This document shows positions 40,001-52,000 of a stretch of DNA of 64,000 nt, one piece after another. The stretch covers positions 406,527 to 470,526 of the forward strand of contig NMRA01000200.1 in NCBI GenBank assembly GCA_002633005.1, read 5' to 3'. The position numbers were made by a program, and so were the translations under genes. The number at the start of each line of letters is the position of its first letter. The stretch's first letter is position 1. This stretch comes from Phoronis australis (lineage: Eukaryota > Animalia > Phoronida). The notes beneath the pieces were generated by a model that had not been told where the DNA came from, did no database searches, and was given only the letters and a program-made list of their open reading frames with translations.

Positions 40001-43000
40001 CTTAAACTTTTTCTACCATAGCTGCCAATGGCGACCACTAAATAAATTATGGTACTCACATTTTGGTATGCCTTAGGTATGCTCACCATTTTTAGGTCAT
40101 TTACAAGGGACTTGAGTATGTTATGCTACTGTTTTATAACNTGATCATCAAAGATTTTAGAAAAAAAAATTATTTTTTTGGTATAAGTACTTTAAGAGTT
40201 ATATTTATGAAATTTAATCTTTGGTAATGAAGCTAGCCTATGACATTAGCTATAAGGAAGATATCTCCAGTCTCTGTTACCCTTTCTATTGGTTGCCAAG
40301 TATCACGCGCAACACAGTTAAACAGAAGCAAAGCAAACATTCATTGATACTTAGGTGTCTTTGAACAAACTATGATTCTTTTTGTAGAAGTGAGTTGTGT
40401 CTTTATTCTATATTCGCTTAAACTTTTTCTACCATAGCTGCCAATGGCGACCACTAAATAAATTATGGTACTCACATTTTGGTATGCCTTAGGTATGCTC
40501 ACCATTTTTAGGTCATTTACAAGGGACTTGAGTATGTTATGCTACTGTTTTATAACCGGTCTCCTGATTATGAAAAAGTCAAAAAATACCAAGATTAGTT
40601 TTTCTCACAAGATATACCTATTGAGAAGTTACTTACTGGGGTATGTTGAGATTGATAATAACTAGTCTCCTGATTGTGAAAAAGTCAAAAAATACCCAAA
40701 TTAGTTTTTCTCACAAGATATAGTTATTGAGAAGTTACTTACCGGGGTATGTTGAGATTGATAATAACCAGTCTCCTGATTGTGAAAAGTCAAAAATACC
40801 AAGATTAGTTTTTCTCACAAGATATAGTTATTGAGAAGTTACTTACCGTGGTATGTTGAGATTGATACTTATCAGAGTTTAAACTGTGTCAAGTGCAGGT
40901 GTCTTTGAACATAAAATGTCTTGTATTATAATCATTTTTGGCCACTGATAATTTTTTAGTTATTAGATTGAAAACTCATCGATGTCTATTTTACACATAA
41001 TTTATTTTCTTGTGTTTTCAGATAAAAATGAATGTTCCCAAAACAACGGTGGATGTGAACATAACTGCTGCAATACTATTGGTTCTTACAAGTGTAAATG
41101 TAAGCCAGGCTTCCAACTTGCCTCTGATGGCAGGAGATGTAGAGGTAAGCTGGCTCCATCTGTTGTCTTCATTTGTAGTGGCTTTTCAGCTGCAGTGGCC
41201 CGTGCTGTGGTTATTTTTCACCTGTTCGGCAGTGCAGTGAAAAATAGAATTTTAATTTGGAAAAGAGCAACTCTCAGTATGGTTGTGCAAAAGTCATAAA
41301 AACAACATTCATTATTTCTTGATTATTTGGTCAATGGTAATCAGCCTGTGAAAAATAGGAAGTGACAATTATTAATTATGTTTGAGAAATAATCCACTCA
41401 AAGTTTTACTGCACCAACGTTGCCCTAGTTTTCATGTGCTGCCATCTATATAGTGAATGAAATACAATGGTCACATAATGTCACATTGTGTTAAACAATT
41501 CATTTTCCGTTGGTTATTTCAGATGTGGATGAATGTCGAATGAACCATGGCTGTGAACACAAATGCATCAACACACATGGTGGTTATCATTGCGAGTGTC
41601 CACAGGGAATGAGACTTCATGCTGATGAGAAAACATGCATAAGTGAGTCTTGCACAGAATTGTACATGGGATGAATGTTTGACCAGAACGGATTCTGATA
41701 TCAATGAACATTAGCTGTCTAGACTCGAGACTGTTTAGAATGACTGTATAGAATGGTGTTAAAAAGAAGATATGGAAACACTCGTCCAGTTTCAGTCGTT
41801 AAGGAACTGAAATTTTTTAATGATATTCCAATGTATGCATAAAGCCAGTGTAGTTCACTGCACCATTTCTTTGCAATATTTTTGTTGATAGCTTGCCATT
41901 GGTGATGATAAATTTATTTATGTGTCCAAGCAACTATAGACATCTAAAACAAAGCATGTATCTTAACCACAGTGAAACCACAATAGAGAAAAAACAAATG
42001 ATTGATTATGTGTAGATTTGGAATATAGCAGGAAACAGTATGAAATATTTGACACACAGCTCTTTTGGTTTTTAAAAACCACAAAAGCAACTTCAGTTTT
42101 GACTGAATTTCAAGTATTGGTGTTCCAGTTCACAGAGTCAAATTCACTTTCATTCACAGACATTTAATGACTGGACTCATTTGAACATCCCACCATCCTC
42201 GGGATGGTGATTTGAAGACAAAGAATTGAAAAATTTTCAAAATTTGCATACAGTCTGTAGGTGGCACTGCATGTTTGCACTCAAATTACTTTACAATCAT
42301 TTAGTGACAGCAAGTTTCAGTGTGAAGCCTCTGTATCAGAAAATAGCAATTGTGAAATTAGTCATCTTCCAAAAGTTAGATGTCACTGTCATATTTATTG
42401 TTGCTTACAGGACACTGTAGGTAATCAAGGAACAGTGCTATTAGAAATAAATGCTTTAATGTTCTTGGAGTGTGTGACAGGTTTACTGCTGACAACATTT
42501 CCATTTATGTGCCTGAGGGAATGTAAATGATACAATCCTTACAATAGATTTATTTACATTAAAACAATGGTTAATGGCTGCTGCCCATTTTAGGAGGGGG
42601 GGGGGGGGGGGNNNNNNNNNNNNNNNNNNNNNNNNNNNNNNNNNNNNNNNNNNNNGGAGTACAGGTTCATAGGGTAGAATAATAAACAGATGCTGACTGA
42701 GTGTTGGAGTGTCCTCAAATGACATGTTTACAGTATGAGACTGTGAGACAGTCTATCTGTCAGCCTGCTGGGCTGCTGGCCTTGTTTCTTAATTTGTTCA
42801 AGATTCTGAAGATGTTTACCAATGTGAAATGAGATCTTAGATACACAGTGTTGTTGAACAGCCATGCCAGTCTGGGAGGGGTTTTGTTTCATTAATTTGA
42901 CTCCAATAACATTGTGTCTTAAAACACTTGTCTATGGAAGACATCACATGTTGGTCCAGTCATTGTTTTATGTTGCTGCTTACAATTAGCTGCAGGCATT

Positions 43001-46000
43001 TCTTGTTGGTAAAGGCTACTCCCTAGCACACATTCTTGAAGTAATTACTTTTATCTGAATATTTTGACTCTTAATTTTTTGGAAGCTCTGGTATGTTTTG
43101 AGGACTTGCAGGAGTACAGTTGTACAGTTGACTTGTTTTGGATTCACTGCAAGGCAATTAGTTTATGAATAAAGCAGTTTATGCACGGAAGTTATATTAA
43201 GTTACTAAGATGGAGACTTCTTTCTAGCTTTGCTGTGTTCAATCAGTTTGCTATGTGCTCCACCATTCTGCCTCTTTATGGTTGGTTCTATTTACATTTG
43301 TATGACATTGCTATTTTAACACTTTTCACAGTCTGTGATCTTTTAAGCTCAATGTTTGTCTCATTTCAGAAATAGATGGCTGTTCCATCCGTAATGGTGG
43401 GTGCCAGCACCAGTGTGTAAGTGGATACAATGGGCATTATTACTGCCGATGTCGGCAAAATTTCAGATTGAAAGAAGATGGAAAAAGTTGTGAAGGTAAA
43501 ACTGGTCATCCAATGATATCAGGTGATATTGAGGCTGATTGTGTAGTGTTTGGGAGAAAGTATCAGGATGCTCTATTTTCAACTTGCAATGTGCAAAAAA
43601 TGGCTTTTAATAAGTTGCATGAATTTTTGTATTAGCGTTTGACAGAAAATATCACTAAGGATGAAATTAAGAAAAATGTCAGTTGGTTGAATATGTCTTT
43701 GAACTTTGTGTATATTTAAGGATTTCAGTGCTAAAAATATGCACATTTGTGCCCATGTGCCTTTGTGTGAAGCTGTTTTTTTCCACATTTGAGTGAAGGC
43801 CACGTTATTAATTACAGCAGAAGTTGACAGGATATGATTAACAATTAATTGCAAAACTTTGGATGCCTAAAAATGCAAGAAAACATACATTTCAAGCCAT
43901 GTTGAACTCTCATCTGTGCTCATAACTAAAGCCCAAATGCAGAAAATTTACTTAAATAAATAAAAAATGCATTATTTCAAAAAAGCCAAAATACAGCCCT
44001 ATTCAGCATTGGTTATATACTAAAACTTATTCTTTGTATCACATTGGTAACTTGTTGTTACTTCCAGAAATTGACCCATGTCGAATTAACAATGGAGGCT
44101 GTGAACAGAAGTGTACCAACTATGGTGGACGTGCCGAGTGTCAGTGTTATGCTGGCTACCAATTGGCCCCTAACAGACGCAACTGTATAGGTATGCCCCC
44201 TGGTGGTTATTAGGTGTAATGTATTAGTGTAAGATTGTTAAGGTACAGTGAAATCTCACTAATTTAGGTCAACTGGTGGACAACTGAAATTTTATTTTCT
44301 CGTTTTTCCATGAAAAATAAGAAGCAGCAAATTAATGCTTTACCATGTTTAAGATCTGTTTCCATAGCTACCATCAGAAAACAAAGTGAAATATTGTGTG
44401 CTTTCACAACAGTGTTTGAAGACCTTGAAACATGAAAGAAAAATAATCTTGACAATAATTTTTGTTAGTTTTGAAATTGGCTAGATGTTACCATAATATT
44501 TTTCTCAATATTCAGGACAGCCGGTCTTCCTCCCATGTGATCTGGTGATTTTTTTGTCCAGAATACAATTCTTTGTACACCTGCTTGATTTCTTTATAAA
44601 CGTTAAAATTTCATTAAATGACCTTGCATTTAGAAGTTTCACAAATTTGATGCAAAAATGTAAAGAAACAGAGAAAAGTCTTGTATCTTTAACTAATAAA
44701 CTCAAGGTTATTTATTGAAGTTTGCCTGCACAAAGAACTGCGTCGTTACGTCCACAGAGGAGTAATCAAATATGTACGAGCAGTTATCAGGCGCGCTTAA
44801 TTCTATTTCACTTTCTGTTGATTGCAGACATTGATGAATGTGCCAAGGACAAGGGTGGCTGTACTCAGGCATGTGCCAATACCCAGGGTTCTTACACCTG
44901 TACATGTACTCCAGGCTATCAACTGGGCACTGATGGACGGTCATGTTACAGTAAGGGCATTCCTCGGTGTATGAAGGGACATCAGACAAAGATAATGTCA
45001 CAGTGTGACCATCTGACATACTGCTCATGTTTTCACAGTATACTGTCATCATCTACAGAGATTAATAGAATTGGGAGAAAATAGAAGTGTGTGTATTTAT
45101 CATGCCACAAGCATAGTCCATCATAGATGTGGAAAATCAATGAGTTGTTCTGACTTCTAAACCATCTTTAGAGTTTTTATAGTACTCTTTTGTTTTCGTT
45201 TCAAAATATTTTTGTTGCATTATAACATTATACTTATTCTTAGGAATTGAGATGGAGGTAGTTGATGCCTGCAAGACTAATAATGGTGGCTGCAACCACA
45301 AGTGCAAACACGGGCCAGGGGGCGCTCAGTGTTCTTGTAATATTGGCTACAAGCTGATGGCAGATGGGAAAACATGTGAAGGTAGGATAAATCTCTCGAT
45401 GTCCAAAAAATTAATGGACCTGGTCCAGTTTACTTACTAGGCAAAGATATTGACTGATGAATTGGAGCCTGGGCAATAGTCGGATATAATGTGCCTGTAT
45501 TTTGGGAACCAATTTGAAGCCTGTTATTCAATGGAGAAAACTGGTTGTCGAAATGCTGGCATTTTATATCCGACTGTTACCGGAGCCTGTGCACAAGGTG
45601 CTTTACAGAAGGGTCTAGGCCTGGTTGTGCTCTTGGCATGACTTTGTTAAAGAGTCAATAAACCCCACCTACTGTAAATAAACAACTTTGGATTTAGACC
45701 ACTTACTGTTGTAAAATTGGTCTCTTGTTGTTCCTTACTAAGATTAGAAATGATTTTTGATAAAAGAAGAACTGACAGGTCGCCGCTGCTTCAGACCACG
45801 GCCGTTGGGTTTCTTGTGAAAGCAGATTAATTTCAGTCACTTAGGCAGTATGGCCAACAGAAGAATACCAGGCAATTGATTGTAACCGATTTCAATTGAA
45901 ATGAAGGATAAGATCACTCTGTGGCACTGGTTTGCAAGAGCATGTACACCTGTGAAGAAGGTTGGCATTTTTAGCACCAGAACATCTCTAATTATTGCTT

Positions 46001-49000
46001 CAATGTCAATTGTGTTAGAGTTAAGCTTTAATACACTAATAGATCAGAAAGGTTGGCTGAGGTAAGAATACAAAAATATGCCCCACAGAATGTTGTGCAC
46101 TTCAGAACATTTATGGTTGAAGCTAAAATGATTATTAGTGATGCCATCTATTGGCCATTGCAGATATGGATGAGTGTGATGAAGGACGGTCTTGTTGTAC
46201 TCAGACATGTTCCAACACTCAGGGCAGTTACCTATGTGGCTGCAAGGCAGGCTTCACTGTTAACCAGGACAAGTGTGGATGTGATGGTATGTTGCTCATT
46301 TTCACAGAGTGATCACACTTAAGTTCTGTATTATTATTAATTTGTATAAATCGGTAAATGAAACAACAAGAATGGATCAACTGAAATTTGAAATTTTCGG
46401 ATGTAATGACAAAGGAAGTTATTACATCCGAAAATTTCAAATTTTAGTTGATCCATTCTTGTTGTTTTATTTACTGATTTATATTCTTCATTTCATGAAA
46501 CAATAGTATCCTTGGGAGGATCTGGATCGCCTTATTTAGTTTCAGATATATTTTCTACGTTATTAATTTGTGAAATGTGAAGGTGGTCTTTTCATAAACT
46601 TTGGAAACAGATAGATATTTTTAAAAATCTATATTCTAGGTTGATCACGTTATGATTAAAATCTATGAACTGTCGAAACAATATTGTGTTTTGGTTCAAA
46701 AACTAAGATAAAACTAAACCTAAACCTGAGAGAAGTGTTATTGTTGTTAAACTGATAGTGTGTGCACTTTCAAAGGGCCGGAAATCTGCATCTTCGAATT
46801 GAGAGCGCTCAAATTTGAGATGGTTTAACGTGCTAAAACTACTGACTATGAACTGTGCCCCTGACAGCACAACTCATTTTCGATCAAAATGAAGCAACAC
46901 TGAAATACAATGTGTCCCAAACTAATTGTGAAAGTGAGATGGTCAGATTTGCACGGGAGACTACTTCTGGGTAGAAGTCAAAGTGAAATGACCAGACAAG
47001 TGGAAGCAGTGGGGGTTATGGACGCGATGTGTGGACAGTAACACGGTTCAAATGGCAAGCATTGGTAGCAAATCAATGTGGCCTCCATGACTATGGACTT
47101 CTGCAACCTCTCTTGTAATGACTATATGAACACAAGAAGGTTTTCATAAGTTTCTAATCGGGTGTTTTGTACACTGGGCCCAATTTATGTGGCCAACACA
47201 TGCCCGATGCTTGAATTGCAATCTTTTGTTAATTAGTAGACTGTTGTGAGTCTTGCTTTAAGTGAGTTCTGAGTATTGCCAGTGTTTGTATGTGGTCATC
47301 CATTCTTTTGCAGATATTAATGAGTGCCTGGTCAACAATGGAGGCTGTGAACACATCTGTGTCAACTCTGAAGGCTCCTACCAATGTGTCTGTCATGCTG
47401 GCTTCCAAGTTGCAGCAGACAAACGAAGCTGTTTGGGTAAGTTGCACCACTGACCGACTGATAGGGTCAACAATTTTTTAATTTATGCAGAACTGATCAA
47501 GGAAGCTGTGCACAAAAATGGGGCCGAGGTGACATTTTCTGTCATGTTTTGATTATGTTTGCAAATGGTATAAAGATAATTTGGTTGACATTATCAAATT
47601 TTGTTTTCCTGAAAATAGTTTTGCTATTTGATAAGTCTCTCTGTCTTTATGGTCACATTGTTACTGTTTGTAGTTTACTACAACCATTGCTGCATAATCT
47701 AGTGCATGCTGGGTAAACTTGCCCAGTACTCACAATGTTTCATGTGTTATTTATCGCTGCTAACTTATAAGAAATAACGAGGACCAGGCGGGAGGAGATA
47801 GCGTCGCAGTTAACTGACCCTGGCATGGAGTTCTATAGCATTGTGGATGAAAGTACATGTAAATCATCAGCTAGTGTTGTTTACTATTTTTTATTTATAT
47901 GTTGCTGTGTGGCTGTTTCAGCTGGGCTTTCACTTAACACTAGTTCAGCTGGTAAAATTGATACTGTCACTCCCAATGAACCGACAATCATGTCTCGGGG
48001 TGATTTAGATAGAGGTAAATGGCTGTGCTAGGGAACGATCTCACAATCTGAACATGATAGAGTGCCAAATCATGTACACATGCGCACTGAATGGCTTGTT
48101 AGTAATGTATTTGGGAATCCGAGTTATAAAGTATTTTTTTGATTTCACTTGACTCGAGATATGCACCTGCACAGAATACAGGCTTATTCACAATTTTGAA
48201 AGTTTTCGTCAAGTAGGTAGTGCATGATATTTTAAATATCACCAATAATATAGTTATTCGTGTATGAAAGAGATATATTGCACTTTCATGAGAAAGGTTC
48301 ATTTAGTGTTACCGAACCAGAGCAAAAAGATTGGAGGGTGGTCCACTATATTAACACCCCTCCGTCATCACTTTCACCTTACCCTAACTCAGCACAACAA
48401 GCAGCCTTCTTTTTATACATTGTTGGGACCCCTGGTCATAATTGCTATCAGTATTTAACTTAGCTCTGAAAGGGTATTGCATGTAGCTTATTGCCATGTC
48501 GTATAGGAATAGATGAGTTGAACATTTCTTCACATCTTTTGTGTTTTTACAGAAAATGTTTTTTAATCCACTTCTTCAACATAGCATGCTCCTTTTCACT
48601 CGTTCGTTTTTCATTGTTATTCGTGTTAACGATAGTGGTCATTTGCTTTGTCTTGACAATATTTAAAATACGGATAATTTGCATTTGTCTGGTATTACCT
48701 GTTAGCTTTGCTTCAACTACAGTCTAGTTGCTAATTGTCCAATTAACATCCTTTTAGTGTAAAGTAATGCAGTTCAATGTCTAAAGTAACATGTGGTGTT
48801 CTTATAACTGGTGCTGTTTCTCATTATTCACCAAGGCAGGTTTACGTGGCCAGAATTTAGGTCTACCTTTAGTTTTTGCTGTTAAACATTTGTCATGTTG
48901 TGATTCAACTGATGTGCAATCATCAGTGCAGGATCGTTGTTATTTCAGAGCTGAGTGAGGAGCGAGGTTCTGGAGGTAACTCCTCCCCCTCACTTATTGA

Positions 49001-52000
49001 GATGGAACACTTTCACAGTCCTCAAATCACACTCTTGTATCATTTCTCAATATATGTTCGGAACTGTTAAGAAAGTACTTTATATGCTTTCATCCTGTTA
49101 TTTTAGCTATTTTATTTTGTACCTTATTTAACAGTTTTAGCATATTTTCATCATTTTACTATACATGAATTAACATGTCTATGCAAGGCTTAGCTACTGC
49201 ATGTCTGGTCTTACTGCTTGTTATAACTGACTGCTTACATATCTAGATGATTTAGTACATTCTTTATTGTTATCAGTTATGTTATATATGCTGCTTACCA
49301 ATGTACGTAACAGCAATAGTTCTCAATACAAAAATGTGTTGACTACACATATTGACTACACAATTAACAAACTTTAATATTATAAACAATACCCATTGCA
49401 CATAACCAAAATTAACTACATTTTAACACTTATACAAAATGACTTTCACAGTTTCTGCTGCCATGCCTCTAAAAATCCCCGTCTGTGACACCCCTACTGT
49501 GTTGTTCCAGCCATTGACCCTGGTCCAGTGCGAGGTGACATCCCATTGGTCCGCCTCCAGCCGTCCCCTCGGCCTATCATACCTGTCACCGATGATTACA
49601 GAAGGTCGGATGAACTAATTGGACCTAAAGTGAAAATTGGTAAGATAGACATGAAGATTGAAACTTTCAGCTGCTTACTCCATCTGGTGGCAAGCTGATT
49701 TTAAGTTTGTCAAACTGCTTGGTAAATACACAATGTCAGGGGACTTGTGCTGGTTGTCCAAGTAACGGTAAATGTGGTCCGGTACTAACTAAATGCTGGT
49801 AGTTCAGGTAGGTATACAAAGTCTGCCTCTTGAGGATTAGTTGCAGTACTTTTCTATTTGGTCAAATTTAAATTGCAATGACAGTTTTAACTATTTCTGT
49901 GCAGCCTATGAGATATGTAAGTGTTCCTTCCCGGCACTTGCCCTGCATGCATGAGAAATGTTGTTATAGTTTATATACATCATCTACCTGTAAGATTTTA
50001 GATGTAGTTGTGAAAAGACATCTTCTATTTAATAATAGCTATTTATAGTTTTAGTATGTTTTCTATCGAAAATGATAATTCTGAATTATTCATTTCAATA
50101 ACTAGCGCAACTTAACAAACGTAAGTGGGTGTTGTTTGTCGTTGAAGTGTTTTTCTCACTAAGCGAAAAATTAACAGTATTTTTGTTATTTTGTTGAACC
50201 ATTATCATTTCATTATTTAAGTTCTAGATGGACCTGTGTAAACCGTTATCAGCAATTTTAGTTTCAGGTGTTACTCAGTGCTGTCTCTTTTGATTATCCT
50301 TAAGTGTTTTAAAACCTTCCTCGAATGGATTTTTGTTATTCCGGATGTATTGGTCTGTCCTGATAGTCCCAGAAATACTTTAGCAACATAAGAAAACAGA
50401 ATTTAAACACTCTAACACAGGTACATAAAAAGATAAGTGATTTTGGCTTTTCGCGCCATATTGCGTCACCACGAGAAAATAGCAAACAAAAAACGTTTGA
50501 TAACAGTTATGAACACTATTGCCAGTACTCGTGGCAGAAGTATGTATCTACCGTGTGTACCAGAGTATATTGAATATGTATCTACCATGTGCACCAGAGT
50601 ACATATTGAACAGAACGACAATGTGAGCAGGTGTTGCTAGTACCTGTTTAAATTAACTGAAGATTCTCGCGGTGAAATCGGGCTATAAGCCAAACTGTCC
50701 ATTACATTTGGCAATTATGACTTCAGTGTGGTCAAAGTGATGCTTTTAACATATTGCAGGAACTCATTTCACATGTGTACCCATTCAAGGTAAATTTGAA
50801 ATCAAAGTCTTTAACAGCTATTATGTGTTGAGGATTTTATTGTGGCTTTATTACCTTTAAGTAATGGATATTTAATCTCAAAAATTTAAAAGAGCACTTA
50901 TTGAAAACGGCTTATATTTGAATTGGGTTCTCCTTTAGGTGAAAGACAACTAAAACATGATGTTTGTAACCCAATTGTTACTATTATAAGTCCAAGCTGA
51001 AAATGTTTCATATAAAATTGTGTGTTAGACTAAAGTTAGCATCAGTTGAGTATTGATTGCCTAGTATAATGACGTATGACCTTTCTGTACCTCAGTTCCA
51101 TCTCCTGTCAATCTGTCCTCGGGGTATCTGTTTGCCCAGGACAATGGTCTTGACAAACCCAGCAATGATGAGGAAGGTGAGTTTAAACAGAACCAGCCTT
51201 GCAACAAAATGCCATCAGTTCTGTGCACACTTCATTAGAATTCTGTTCTCTAACACCAACATTAGGTCCTAGTACATTCTCATTTCCCAACTGGCAAGTG
51301 GAATGCATTTCAAGATGCATGCATTTTACTGGTTGGGATTTCAATAGCTGCATTCCACAGCACCAGGTTCTTTTGTTTGGGGATTAGGCAACAAAGAGGA
51401 CTATCAGTGATGAGGACAGGGTAATGGGGAGGTCTGACTTGTGGGCCTAACTGAACAATAGAGTGCTTATCTGAATGATCTTAATACCCACAAAGAATGT
51501 TGATGAAGATTCCAACAATAGGGTGCTTAGCTCAGTGATCTAATACCCCCCCCCAAGTAAGTTGGGGAATTTTAAATAGAGAAGGGTCAAATGAAACTTT
51601 TACTAGCTTACTTAAATTAAATGTTGTCTATACTGTGAAAGCTATCCTGAGTTGCCACATAACAGTGTTTTTAGTGAAAAATGCATTTTTTTAAAAATAA
51701 CTTGTAAAGTTGTTATGGGGCACTGCATAACTTATGCAGTTGTTTTTTGTTGCATTTTAATGCTTCAAAGAGGACCTCCACTCACTTCAGCTATGGCCAT
51801 CATTAAGTATTTCTGGTAATACATCTGTGTCTGGAAATATAATTCTGGATGCAAGCTCAGGAGGTAAGTGAATGGAATATGTTGTCATTTCATAATCTGT
51901 ATCACTATGTTATTTTTGACAAATTAGTTGGAATGATTTTTATTTGTGTTGTTTAATCTGCTGGTGTCTGATGCTGTCTGTCTCCAATTCCCTTGGATGG

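Noticed and set aside
50939-50965. Another 27-nt in-frame segment (GERQLKHDV)
   Set aside because: The donor TTT|GTAACC is weak.
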